Source of the DNA: a virus
Length of the DNA stretch: 64,000 bases
IMG/VR virus record: IMGVR_UViG_3300037069_002825
Span: 15,794 to 79,793 of that record
Reading direction: 5' to 3' (one strand)
Shown: positions 44,508 to 53,597 of the stretch, in pieces
How the letters are laid out: every line of letters starts with the position of its first letter
How positions within the stretch are numbered: the first letter of the stretch is position 1
Position numbers and translations under genes: made by a program
Notes under the pieces: model-generated
Databases searched by the model: none
Seen by the model: only the letters and a program-made list of their open reading frames with translations
What the model was told of the DNA's origin: nothing

Positions 44508-44885
44508 ATGATCCCACACGTGGATATTTATGACACCTACTCGGAGGTGCAGCGGCGGAAGGATAGGCCGATCTGGGAGGGCGAGGGCCCTTCCCGTGAG
44601 ATGATCGAGAAGATCAGCGCGACGTTTCGCGCACAGGTGGGTCGCGAGATCGCCTCGGCCGAGCTAAAGACGACCCTGGACGGCATGGGCTGGCTGATGA
44701 GAATGGCCGCCGAGGAGGACGTCCCGCTGGAGGCTCTGATGCAGATCGCCGAAGACATCGAAAGTAAAGCGCGGGCCAACATCGCGCGGACCTCGATCGG
44801 GGTTCACGACCAACTGTCAGTAGGCGTGGGCGCGGGCTTCTTCACTGGCCTGTGGGTCGGCATCCTATTCGAGCGGGAACGATGA
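44508..44885 (+). CDS. Hypothetical protein
   Basis: ATG just after the RNA gene; coupled stop. Confidence 0.5.
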   Translation: MIPHVDIYDTYSEVQRRKDRPIWEGEGPSREMIEKISATFRAQVGREIASAELKTTLDGMGWLMRMAAEEDVPLEALMQIAEDIESKARANIARTSIGVHDQLSVGVGAGFFTGLWVGILFERER

Positions 44886-45121
44886 CCCAGCTCCGCTACA
44901 AGCAGTACACCCGCGACGCGCTGCTACGCGAACTGGAACGGCATGCCGACTGGGACACGACGGGCGGCTACGCGCTGGCAATCCAACATTCGCGCACTAC
45001 AACCCGCAGATATCTCGACCAGCTCGTCAGGGAGGGACGCGTCGAGGTATGGAAGATAACCCATTGCGGTCGAGCCCCGGGACCGGGGTCGTCGATGCAC
45101 CTCTACCGGATAAAGATATGA
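44882..45121 (+). CDS. Small winged-HTH protein
   Basis: SRTTTRRYL..LV.EG.V...GR.......LYR. Confidence 0.6.
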   Translation: MTQLRYKQYTRDALLRELERHADWDTTGGYALAIQHSRTTTRRYLDQLVREGRVEVWKITHCGRAPGPGSSMHLYRIKI

Positions 45122-45237
45122 GCTGCATCGCCCTCTGCCTGCTGGTGGCCCTCGTAGGCGTCTGGTCACCCGGCGCCTACGTCGCACGCTCTGACGACCG
45201 GGCGGCGCGTCGGATGATGCGCTGCTATCGCCGCCGC

Positions 45238-45656
45238 TCACGTAGACGCTGGTAGCCACGCCTCACCAGCGTGAAGCTGGCGCTCCTGCGGTGTCGCCGG
45301 CAGGCATGCGGCCTCGTTGGCCTTGCGTAGGGCATCCTCGCCACCCTCGGCCATGATCTCGACGTTCTTCACCCAGGTATCGTCGGGGTCGTACATGGCC
45401 GCCTTCCACAGCTTCCTCACGTGACACCCATCGCCTCGTGGGCTTCGGCCTCAACCCGGGCCTCAGCCTCGGCTTCGGCCCGCGCCTGCACTCGGTAGTG
45501 GTTGGCGAGATCCTCCACCTCGGGGTAGAGCGAGCGCAGGTGGGCCTCGTAGTCATCCACTGCCGTTTGCAGCAGGATCGTCTTGCCACAGTGTGCGCAC
45601 ATCTCCTCGCCGGGGAGATTGATGCGTTCGCACCGGCAGAGCTGCGTGGGCGTCAT
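45238..45656 (-). CDS. Two small coupled minus-strand genes (45417-45656, 45238-45420)
   Basis: GTGA coupling; the first has C.C...CAHC. Confidence 0.4.
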
Positions 45657-45723
45657 GGTCGGGCCACCCTAACACGCTGTCGTGATGTTCTGTCCGAGCT
45701 GCATGGGACTGTCTGACTACGTT

Positions 45724-45827
45724 GCCCATGTGGCGGAATTGGTAGACGCAGCCGGTCTAAACCCGGACAAAGCTCGAAGCCTCCTGGCGGCGGCGACGAG
45801 ATGTGGGTTCGACTCCCACCGTGGGCA
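45724..45827 (+). tRNA. tRNA-Leu-like gene (TAA by stem register), 104 nt, atypical
   Basis: GCCCATG/CGTGGGC+A; D arm GGCGGAATTGGTAGACGC; T arm GTGGG-TTCGACT-CCCAC; ~35-nt variable arm. Confidence 0.8.
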
Positions 45828-45914
45828 CCTTGTAGACTCTAGGGGATGAAAAGTCCGCGAATTGCGAGAACAAGGACCATGGTCTCGCGCATCTTCACGT
45901 AGGCTTCCTAGATC

Positions 45915-46439
45915 GTGCCGTCGCCGCCAGGAAAACTCCACGTTCGCGAGCGCATAGTGCTCCAGGCGCTCGCGCACTATCGCAGCACGCCACTGACTCC
46001 GGCCCAGGTCCAGCAGCGCGCCGAACGTGACAGCAGCGTGCTGCTGATGCGGCGGGCCGTGCACACTACGCTCGGCGGCCTCGTGCAGGGTGGCTTCGCC
46101 AACGCGCTGCGCTACAGCGAGGGCTATCGATACACCATCACCGAGGACGGTCGCCGCGAGGCTTCGATGATCACCCCAGATGAGGTCGAGCCCTCCTTCG
46201 CTCGGATGGGGCTCGATCTACTGCTCGAACGATTCCCTACTCGCGACGTGGTGTCGATCGGCGATGGCAGCCGTTCTGGCGGCGTCTGGTTGGTCGTACG
46301 CTTCGCTGATGATGCGCGCTACGTGATCTGGCGGAACACGGGGCACATCTACGAGATGGACGATGATGGCGGTGTCGGTGACGACCCGGTGATCGAGAAC
46401 CCCGCCTACCAGTGCAACGATTGTTCAACCATAAGGTAA
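45915..46439 (+). CDS. PadR-like wHTH fused to an unknown domain
   Basis: V...L..LV..GF.......Y.Y.IT..GR. Confidence 0.55.
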   Translation: MPSPPGKLHVRERIVLQALAHYRSTPLTPAQVQQRAERDSSVLLMRRAVHTTLGGLVQGGFANALRYSEGYRYTITEDGRREASMITPDEVEPSFARMGLDLLLERFPTRDVVSIGDGSRSGGVWLVVRFADDARYVIWRNTGHIYEMDDDGGVGDDPVIENPAYQCNDCSTIR

Positions 46440-46440
46440 G

Positions 46441-47223
46441 GTGGGTAGAGCAGTGGATGAGGTAATCAGGGACAACAAACCCGGAGAGCGCTGGCACAGC
46501 GAGGGCGAGAGCTTCGAGCATTACGTTGAGCGCCAGTTCGTCTCCCTTCACGAAAGGCTGGACCGAATGGCCCCAGTAGAGCAGGAAATCGCCGCAGATG
46601 TGGACACGCTTGCACAGGTGATCCCACAGCTCGCCACGGACATCGGTGACCTTCACACGACCGTCACCGAAAAGGAAACCAAGCTCACAGAAGCAATCGC
46701 CGCCAAGACCGAAGATGACGCCGAGAAGGCCGCGCTGGAAGCGGAACTGAAAGCGATCCAGGGCCTGAAGCCGCAACTGGACTCGATCGTGCAGCAGGCG
46801 CAGAGCGTGGTGCAGCCGACGGGGGCGGGAGCGCCCGGCGCCGGAACATCTGCCGCAGCGCCGGGGGGGACGGTAGCGCCCGGCTTCGGAACATCCACCG
46901 CAGGTGCCGCACCGACTGGCCCGGGCACCAGTGCCGGGAGCAGTGTCGCGGCGGCGGCAGCTGGACCGGCCGCAGGGGAGAAGCCCAAATACACCTACCA
47001 CGGTCCCGACGTGACCAAAGTCGATTCGGTCGTCTGGATCGAGACGACGCTGGTCGACTCGGCTGGCGAAAAGGTGTGGGAATTCGCGAGCGACACACCC
47101 GGAGGCGCCCCCACGGGCGCCGAGGCCGGCGTGTGGGAGGTTGCGAGCCCCCCCTTCACCGACACCGCCGCAGTACAGGGCTCGTCGGGCCAGGAGGCAG
47201 TCGCGCCGCCCGTCGCTGGGTAA
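46441..47223 (+). CDS. Coiled-coil plus Ala/Gly/Thr/Pro linker protein (alternative start 46567)
   Basis: Composition; GAA/AAA codon style shared with structural genes. Confidence 0.55.
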   Translation: MGRAVDEVIRDNKPGERWHSEGESFEHYVERQFVSLHERLDRMAPVEQEIAADVDTLAQVIPQLATDIGDLHTTVTEKETKLTEAIAAKTEDDAEKAALEAELKAIQGLKPQLDSIVQQAQSVVQPTGAGAPGAGTSAAAPGGTVAPGFGTSTAGAAPTGPGTSAGSSVAAAAAGPAAGEKPKYTYHGPDVTKVDSVVWIETTLVDSAGEKVWEFASDTPGGAPTGAEAGVWEVASPPFTDTAAVQGSSGQEAVAPPVAG

Positions 47224-47255
47224 GTAGTACAATCCCTCGCGTGGGGATGGTCGTA

Positions 47256-47297
47256 ACGACGGGGCGCCGAGTCATTCTGGCGCCCCGTCGTATATTA
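47256..47297 (+). terminator. 13-bp hairpin followed by an AT-rich tail
   Basis: ACGACGGGGCGCC / GGCGCCCCGTCGT then ATATTAT. Confidence 0.55.
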
Positions 47298-47430
47298 TGT
47301 CCGTAACCGTCCAACAGTAGGGCGAAGCGCACTAAGCAAAACGCTTGTGTGATCCGGCCGCGACTAACGTTGCGTGCGACCCAAGTGAAAGGTCTAGGCT
47401 ATCCGCCTCCACCGCACACTCCTGGCCGTA

Positions 47431-47844
47431 ATGACGTTGATCCTCCCGTCTCACCATCACAAACCAGTCCATCACCAGCGGTGCCGCACGGAAGCCTGTC
47501 ACCAGCGTACAGACGCACGGTGGGGGCGCGAACATCACTGGCATGCACCCGCACCGCCGTTTCATGTCACCGAATTCGACTACTGCGTCGCCAATCGCGA
47601 GCAGGGCGAACCCGGCTCCGTCGATCCGGCCCTCATCCACTGGGACGCCCAGCAGGGAATCTACGGAGGCGCCTACTCGATGGAAGGAAGTAAATGGGAA
47701 GACGGCGGTGGCAAGGAATACGCTGCCAATCCATGGGAAGCGAGCGCAGTCGAGCAGACGCGGGTCTTCGAGCGATTGCGCCGTCGAGAACCCGGGGCCT
47801 GGCAAGAAACTCTGCCGCTGTGCCTGGATCGCGCTGGGGCGTAG
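47431..47844 (+). CDS. Rpf-like lytic transglycosylase
   Basis: CVA.RE.G...GIYGGAY.M....W...GG..YA..P..AS..EQ......L.....GAW. Confidence 0.7.
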   Translation: MTLILPSHHHKPVHHQRCRTEACHQRTDARWGREHHWHAPAPPFHVTEFDYCVANREQGEPGSVDPALIHWDAQQGIYGGAYSMEGSKWEDGGGKEYAANPWEASAVEQTRVFERLRRREPGAWQETLPLCLDRAGA

Positions 47845-48056
47845 AATTGAAGCGTGCGTTGGGTCTTAACTGATGGGACCTGTTGGCGAGCTGCGCGGTG
47901 GATCGCGTTCCGGCCGACGATGGCGGCACTACTAGCTCGTAAGGGCCGCCAGCGCACCCGGCCTGCGCGCGCTCCCATCCCTGCCGTGAGGTGGGAGCGC
48001 GACGCCGGGATTCAGCTACGATCCGCATAATTCCCACGAGAAAGAGGAGCGAGAAA

Positions 48057-48416
48057 ATGTCAGGCATCCCAGCGAAGGTCGAAGAGGGCACAAACCTGGT
48101 CCTCGACGAGGAGGAAATCGCGCTCGCCGAAGGCTGGTCGAGCAAGCCCAGCGGTTCGTCGGTGGACCGCATCGGCGAGACGGTGATCGTGAGCCTCCAG
48201 GTCCGCTACCTCGCGAAAGCGGCAGCGCTGGTCGCGACGCTGCCCGTCGAGTACAGGCCGGCGGCGAGCTACACGACGGGCGACGGCAAATTCACCATCG
48301 CGACCAACGGTGAAGTCACGTCGAACGAGACCAAAACGGAACTCGAAACGGCGCTGGTCGAAGGCAAATACCTCACCTGCCACGCCTCCTACCGCGCGGC
48401 GGTCCAGAACCCCTAG
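48057..48416 (+). CDS. Small beta-rich protein resembling fiber C-terminal domains
   Basis: AGAGGAG RBS; R.G..V.........ATLP..YRP. Confidence 0.55.
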   Translation: MSGIPAKVEEGTNLVLDEEEIALAEGWSSKPSGSSVDRIGETVIVSLQVRYLAKAAALVATLPVEYRPAASYTTGDGKFTIATNGEVTSNETKTELETALVEGKYLTCHASYRAAVQNP

Positions 48417-48518
48417 TCTGTAGTGGTGCGGGGCAGTTCACCGGGCTGGCGGCTGCCCCGCGCTTTGCGACAAACCGAGGTACATGACGGCGCGGCCTTT
48501 CGTGTAGGGTGTGTTCTG

Positions 48519-48806
48519 ATGCGACCCGCAGTCGAGCAACAGCTATCGACCCTAGGACGAGCCACGAGGGCACGCCGGCAGATGGCCGAAGCCCTTGAGA
48601 GCGATAAGCGTGTGCTCCAGGTGGTATTTAGTCGGCAGGCGCTCGCGGCGGGCATGACCTGGCAGTGGATCGCCGATCAGGTAGGCGGCATGTCGGCCGT
48701 CGCCGCGCGGCGCTATTACGTACGTCACGAGAAATCGATTGGACCGGCCCAGCTACGAGAGGTCGCCGAGCGAGTAAAAATCCCCTATCCGGTCTTGAAG
48801 GGTTGA
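48519..48806 (+). CDS. HTH protein
   Basis: A...GMTW..IA...G.MS..AA.RYY. Confidence 0.6.
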   Translation: MRPAVEQQLSTLGRATRARRQMAEALESDKRVLQVVFSRQALAAGMTWQWIADQVGGMSAVAARRYYVRHEKSIGPAQLREVAERVKIPYPVLKG

Positions 48807-48839
48807 AGGGATGACGACCTAGCGGCGATCAAGCGTCAA

Positions 48840-49124
48840 ATGGACAGCGGCGAGTTTGCGAAGGCGGCCAAGGAAACCGTCCGGATGGCTGGACTGCTCC
48901 AGCAGCTCGCCTCGGCGGAGCAGGTCCTGGGCTACATCGGCAAGGGCTCGATCGTGAACGGCGCTGACTTGGAGATTGGCATGCAGATCGTTGGTATCGG
49001 AACCGTGGCTGAGCTTTACGAAGAGGACTGCGAGGGGTGCGGAGGCCGTCATCCGATGGCCCGAACGACGGGAGGCGAGGAGCTTCCGCTGGACGACGCC
49101 CAGTTCGTGGTGTCCGATGGCTGA
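48840..49124 (+). CDS. Hypothetical protein
   Basis: Hint-like C-terminal GA.L.IGM and CEGC; function unknown. Confidence 0.45.
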   Translation: MDSGEFAKAAKETVRMAGLLQQLASAEQVLGYIGKGSIVNGADLEIGMQIVGIGTVAELYEEDCEGCGGRHPMARTTGGEELPLDDAQFVVSDG

Positions 49125-49187
49125 GCTAGCTTGGGCTGTGCGAGCAGACCCTCTCCCTTCTCGCACAGCGCGACGCCGGGGCTGAAA

Positions 49188-49568
49188 ATGCCCCGGCGCT
49201 CGCCTCTTGAGAGGGCGCTTGAGGCGGAAGAGCGCGCTGACGAGCTAGAAGCCCGTGTAGGCGATCTGCTGGGGCGACTGAAAGGCGTCCTGGGCTCCGA
49301 CCCGACGAGCGCCGTCCGCGCGCTGTCCTGGATGAGCAGGGCCGAAAATGGCGAGAAGCTGATCCAGGAGATCGTCAGCAGCGACATGCGCTCGACCGAT
49401 CTGCCCCCCGGCTGGCTGACCCGCGCGGAGGCACAGCTTGCCGCCTTGCGTATCCTCAAGCGAGACCAGCGCGAGCTGACCGAATCGGCGCCGGATGATG
49501 AGTGGTGGGAGCAGTACGCTAACGGCTACGCAACCGTCCGACCCGGGAGGCCCAAGGGTGACCGCTAA
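49188..49568 (+). CDS. Hypothetical protein
   Basis: Codon usage; overlaps the next start. Confidence 0.5.
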   Translation: MPRRSPLERALEAEERADELEARVGDLLGRLKGVLGSDPTSAVRALSWMSRAENGEKLIQEIVSSDMRSTDLPPGWLTRAEAQLAALRILKRDQRELTESAPDDEWWEQYANGYATVRPGRPKGDR

Positions 49569-49914
49569 CCTCGCCACACTCCACTTCATCAGCCAGGCGC
49601 CGCAGTCGGGCCAGCCCGTGGTGATAACGAGCTGGATGGAACTGCTGGCCGTGGCGTCGCTATTTACGATCCTCGCCGCGTTCGCGACGGGCTACCACTA
49701 CCTCGAATGCCATGAACCCGGGTGCAGAAAGCTCGGCCGCCATCGTCTTGGCCATCTGCGACTCTGTGGGCCACATCACCCAGACGTGCCGGGCACCGGC
49801 GTCGATCGGCTGCACATCGAGGAGACGCACAGACGACTGTCCGGCCGAGACCAGGAGGAATCAAATGCCGCCCAGCGAGGCCGAGGCACAGGAGACCCAG
49901 AACGACGAGGTTGA
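49558..49914 (+). CDS. Membrane protein with a Cys/His motif
   Basis: One TM segment then CH..GC...G.......LC..HHP. Confidence 0.5.
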   Translation: MTANLATLHFISQAPQSGQPVVITSWMELLAVASLFTILAAFATGYHYLECHEPGCRKLGRHRLGHLRLCGPHHPDVPGTGVDRLHIEETHRRLSGRDQEESNAAQRGRGTGDPERRG

Positions 49915-50209
49915 GGTCGGCACGACCGAGACCGACGAGCAGTTGCACGCCGCCGAGGAGCACGACCCCGACCACGCGCCGCGTGCCCAGCAAGAACAGG
50001 ACGCGATTGTCGGGAGCGCGGGCCTCGGCGAGTCCCAGCCGATTGAACCGGGCTCCCCGAGTCAGGACACCCCGCTGGTCAACGCGCAGAGCCCGCAGGC
50101 ACAGTCGGGCGTCGCGCTGCCGGAGGATCGGGCCGCAGGCGTCCAGCCGGACCCGAGGTTCAAGGGGATGGTTGCGCCGGCCAGCCCGGCAGACCACGTG
50201 CGCGAGTAA
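49865..50209 (+). CDS. Acidic low-complexity protein
   Basis: AGGAGG RBS. Confidence 0.5.
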   Translation: MPPSEAEAQETQNDEVEVGTTETDEQLHAAEEHDPDHAPRAQQEQDAIVGSAGLGESQPIEPGSPSQDTPLVNAQSPQAQSGVALPEDRAAGVQPDPRFKGMVAPASPADHVRE

Positions 50210-50293
50210 AGCCAGACGGAGCGGGAAGCGGGGCGCCTGTGCGTGCGCCTCGCTGTCTGCCCGCGTAGTGTACGTAGTGTAGGATCACCCTAC

Positions 50294-50836
50294 ATGGAGA
50301 AGATCCCCCCAGAGGCTCATTTCGGCACACGCACGTACGTCCGGCGTAAGATGGCCCAGGGCTACTCGCTCGTCGCCGGGCAGCACGGCTTCCCCGATGC
50401 GTCGGTGGCCCTCGACTGGCTGATGCACAAAGGTCTCGTGGTCGAGTCGGGGGAGCCGGAAGGCGGGCTGCTTCACTGGGGTCACAGTGAGGGTGACTTC
50501 TCGATCGTCGAGCTGACATCGGTAGGCGCGCGCCAGCAAACGGTATGGGAGATCCCGGAGAAGGAGAAGGCAACCGACGGGTGGTTCAGGGAGCTGAAGG
50601 GCGGACGCCTGGAGGCAATGGTGAAATCACCTGAGACGCGGCTCCGTGTTAGTGGGACGCCCGATCAGGTATGGGAGGCCGTGGAGATGTTTGAGCGTTG
50701 GACGGGGATCGAGGTCAATGGTGAGTGGCGACGACCACTACGCCGTGGGCCGAGGCCGATGGCCGGCCAGCAATCCCTCCTGGTGGACAAACGAGTGTCG
50801 GATGGGGAGGAGCCTGATGCGCTCAGCAATAGTTGA
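50294..50836 (+). CDS. Hypothetical protein, probably leaderless
   Basis: TAGGAT a few nt upstream of the ATG; no RBS. Confidence 0.55.
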   Translation: MEKIPPEAHFGTRTYVRRKMAQGYSLVAGQHGFPDASVALDWLMHKGLVVESGEPEGGLLHWGHSEGDFSIVELTSVGARQQTVWEIPEKEKATDGWFRELKGGRLEAMVKSPETRLRVSGTPDQVWEAVEMFERWTGIEVNGEWRRPLRRGPRPMAGQQSLLVDKRVSDGEEPDALSNS

Positions 50837-51470
50837 CGAGATCATGACACCGCGCATTCGCGCGCTCCCTCGCGATCGGCGTGGGTATCCTGTGCCTTGG
50901 TTTGTCGCATGGATCGACGATGAGCCAGATTTCAGGATCATCGGCACGGGCAAGATCGGCGAGGCCGTGGAGTATCGACGGTGCTGGATCTGTGGTGACA
51001 CGCTCGGAGGTTTCGTCGCGTATACCATCGGCGCGATGTGCGCGGTGAATAGGGTGAGCGCCGAGCCGCCGAGTCACCGCGAGTGTGCGATCTACGCTGC
51101 GCGCGCCTGCCCCTTCCTGAGTAAACCAAACGCCAAACGCCGTACGGCAAAGATGCCGGACGAGGTCGTCGACCTACCGGGCGAGGCCCTAAGGCGCAAC
51201 CCGGGCGTGGCGCTCGTCTGGGTGACACGTGACAAGATCAAACGGATAAGGACCACCGACGGTTACCTCTTCTACGTGGGCAAGCCGGTCGAGACCCTGT
51301 GGTATCGGGAAAGCAGGGCAGCGACCCGGGCCGAGGTTGAAGCGTCGATCGAGTCGGGCGCGCCGACCCTGCGCGGGCTCGCCCAGGCCGAAGGCGAGCG
51401 GGCGCTGGCCGACCTACGTAAGATGCTCGCGGACGCGGAGCAATACCTACCGGAGGAGGACGCGGCATGA
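50817..51470 (+). CDS. Conserved Zn-binding hypothetical protein
   Basis: RGYPVPW, RCWICG..L, EPP.H.EC..YA...CPFL. Confidence 0.7.
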   Translation: MRSAIVDEIMTPRIRALPRDRRGYPVPWFVAWIDDEPDFRIIGTGKIGEAVEYRRCWICGDTLGGFVAYTIGAMCAVNRVSAEPPSHRECAIYAARACPFLSKPNAKRRTAKMPDEVVDLPGEALRRNPGVALVWVTRDKIKRIRTTDGYLFYVGKPVETLWYRESRAATRAEVEASIESGAPTLRGLAQAEGERALADLRKMLADAEQYLPEEDAA

Positions 51471-51694
51471 GGACCAACTGCACGGGCTGTGGGGCAACCG
51501 TCGAACTGGCCCGGATTGAGGGTAGCCGCGAGCGCGTCGCGTTGGAGATCAACCCCGAAACGGGCGCCGATGCACAGCGCTACCGCGTGGTGCGACTCAA
51601 CCCGCTGGTCGTCTCTCGCGTCCCGAAGGACGCACCCGGGACATTCCAGCCGGACCATGCGTTCGACTGCCCGGCGCATAATGCCGGCCGCTGA
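51467..51694 (+). CDS. Small Zn-ribbon protein
   Basis: C.GCGA.V...H..DCP; GGAGGAGG RBS. Confidence 0.6.
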   Translation: MRTNCTGCGATVELARIEGSRERVALEINPETGADAQRYRVVRLNPLVVSRVPKDAPGTFQPDHAFDCPAHNAGR

Positions 51695-51896
51695 CGTCGA
51701 CAAGCTCCGTGACGAGCTGCAAGAGATCGGCCGGCGCCGCGACGACCTCAGCACCGATCAGGCGAAGCTCGCCAGGGACACGCGGCTAGCGCTGCGCAGG
51801 GCGCGCGGGCGTCTCCCGGTGACCGAGATGGCCCGGCTGGTGGGCCTGGAGCGATCGTCGCTCTACCGGACCTACGGCGACGTGCTCACCACGTGA
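51681..51896 (+). CDS. Small HTH protein
   Basis: PVTEMARLVGL.RSSLYR. Confidence 0.6.
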   Translation: MPAADVDKLRDELQEIGRRRDDLSTDQAKLARDTRLALRRARGRLPVTEMARLVGLERSSLYRTYGDVLTT

Positions 51897-52345
51897 GCGC
51901 GGAGGAGGGCGAGTACGGCGACTGGCGGGCTCGACTGGAGCGCCGCGAGGTCGAGGGCAGGCGCCCCGGGCCGGAGAAGCAGGGCACGGCCGCCGAGCTG
52001 GGCCTTCTCCCGGGCGCGCGATGGGCCACATGGCTAGCAGGGGTAGGTCTGACCCCGGTGCAGATCCCGGGTGCCTACTGGTCGCGCAATTCGCAAACGG
52101 AGCCGGGGCTCGACCTTGACGGCCACCCGACGACCGTCGAGGTCCCAACCGCGATCGTGGCGTGTCCGTGTGGCAACGAGCCGACCGTCCGCAGCCTCGC
52201 GCCTCCGACGGTGTGCGGGGGCGACGGCTGCGAGCGCTACTTTTTCTTCGACGGCGACTCCGTCTACGTCTTCAACTCCACGAAGGACCGTCCGAGCGAC
52301 GAACCGGCGCCTGAGCAGATTCCACCAGACGGACCATCCGCTTAG
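51893..52345 (+). CDS. Zn-binding hypothetical protein
   Basis: CPCG...C....CER. Confidence 0.5.
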   Translation: MSAEEGEYGDWRARLERREVEGRRPGPEKQGTAAELGLLPGARWATWLAGVGLTPVQIPGAYWSRNSQTEPGLDLDGHPTTVEVPTAIVACPCGNEPTVRSLAPPTVCGGDGCERYFFFDGDSVYVFNSTKDRPSDEPAPEQIPPDGPSA

Positions 52346-52419
52346 AACTCGGAGCGTCTCTACGTATATTAGGGGGCGGAGCGTGTCGGCAGATGTTCGG
52401 ATCTCACTGACCAACGTGG

Positions 52420-52641
52420 ATGACAAAAGGACGCTATCTTCCCCCGTGGCTGCTACAAGTAGCGGGACTATTGCTGATCATGGGAGGCGCGATCTTCTGG
52501 GCCATCACCGGACACCAATCGGCGCTGATCGTCGGAGCCGGGCTGTCACTGGCGGCGCTTGGCGCCTACAGTGGCCTGCACGTCACTGTAGAGAAGGAGC
52601 TGGAGCCCAACGAAGAGGGCGGGCGTCGAGGCGGAAAATGA
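52420..52641 (+). CDS. Two-TM membrane protein (lysis cassette)
   Basis: Two hydrophobic helices, charged C-terminus. Confidence 0.6.
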   Translation: MTKGRYLPPWLLQVAGLLLIMGGAIFWAITGHQSALIVGAGLSLAALGAYSGLHVTVEKELEPNEEGGRRGGK

Positions 52642-52814
52642 AGCGCCTCGCGATCACGTGCCACCTGCTCGCCGTCATCATCGCGGCGTCCTATCTGACG
52701 CTTATCGCGAGCGATCTCGGGGAAGCGAAGCGCTTGGTGCCCCTATATGGCACTGTCGTCTTCTTCCTGACGATTTTCAACCTTTGGAGCGAGCATCGTG
52801 GGCAAAAATGCTGA
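52638..52814 (+). CDS. Small two-TM protein
   Basis: ATGA coupling; hydrophobic. Confidence 0.5.
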   Translation: MKRLAITCHLLAVIIAASYLTLIASDLGEAKRLVPLYGTVVFFLTIFNLWSEHRGQKC

Positions 52815-53250
52815 GGACGGACTAGGCGCTTTTCAGTCTCGCATAGAGGATGGGCTCCGACTGGGCCGCGAACCAACGACCGCCGAACTCCGTCAAGAGT
52901 ACATCCTCCTGGCGGAGCGCAACCGTGGACTGGTGATCGACTTCTCCAGGCACGTGAGGAAACTCCTGGTTCTCCTCGTCGTCCTACTGATGGGGCTGGG
53001 CGTCGTCGCTATGTTCGCGGCAGTCACGAGCTACAACCTGGAAGGGCGCACCTGTAAAATCCAGAACGTCGGCCTGAAAGCTCAGCCCCACCTGACAAAG
53101 ATCATGTACGACATCAACGGCGTCGTACAGCCACTAAAGGGTGAGGCGCCCGCGCCCAAGGAGATCCAGGCATACGTGGAAAACCTCCGCGAAGAGCTTG
53201 CGGCGTATGTCTACTTCGAGCGGCACCAACCAGCGGGCCGGAGTTGCTAG
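52798..53250 (+). CDS. Single-TM protein (lysis cassette)
   Basis: Central hydrophobic helix; two Cys in the C-terminal domain. Confidence 0.55.
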   Translation: MGKNAEDGLGAFQSRIEDGLRLGREPTTAELRQEYILLAERNRGLVIDFSRHVRKLLVLLVVLLMGLGVVAMFAAVTSYNLEGRTCKIQNVGLKAQPHLTKIMYDINGVVQPLKGEAPAPKEIQAYVENLREELAAYVYFERHQPAGRSC

Positions 53251-53290
53251 CCTCGGGCTGACGACTGTTCCGTAGTGATGGTGGTGTAGT

Positions 53291-53581
53291 ATGGCCCCAC
53301 AGATGAGGCCTTCCCTCCGACAGCTCGCGAATGCACTCGGCCGCGTCGTGACCCGGCTCGAAACCCCGACGGCTGACTACTGCTTCGAGGGCCGGTTCCG
53401 GTTCGCCCTCGATAACGGCTGGTCGCTCGTGCTTTCCCCGGACGATGCGGGACGTTTCCGCCTCGACGCTTGCCTACGGTCCAGGGTAAGGGCTACCATG
53501 TGGTGCGCGGCAGACGATCACGAGCGCCTCGACGCTCTGGTCCTCGCCGCGAGAGACGAAGCCGCTGCCCTCGTAGCCTGA
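53291..53581 (+). CDS. Hypothetical protein
   Basis: Fills the gap; plausible codons. Confidence 0.5.
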   Translation: MAPQMRPSLRQLANALGRVVTRLETPTADYCFEGRFRFALDNGWSLVLSPDDAGRFRLDACLRSRVRATMWCAADDHERLDALVLAARDEAAALVA

Positions 53582-53597
53582 CCGAAGGGGACCATCG

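Noticed and set aside
47300-47430. c-di-AMP (ydaO) riboswitch upstream of the Rpf-like gene
   Set aside because: The consensus GCUGAAUCC / GGAACGGGG elements were not found
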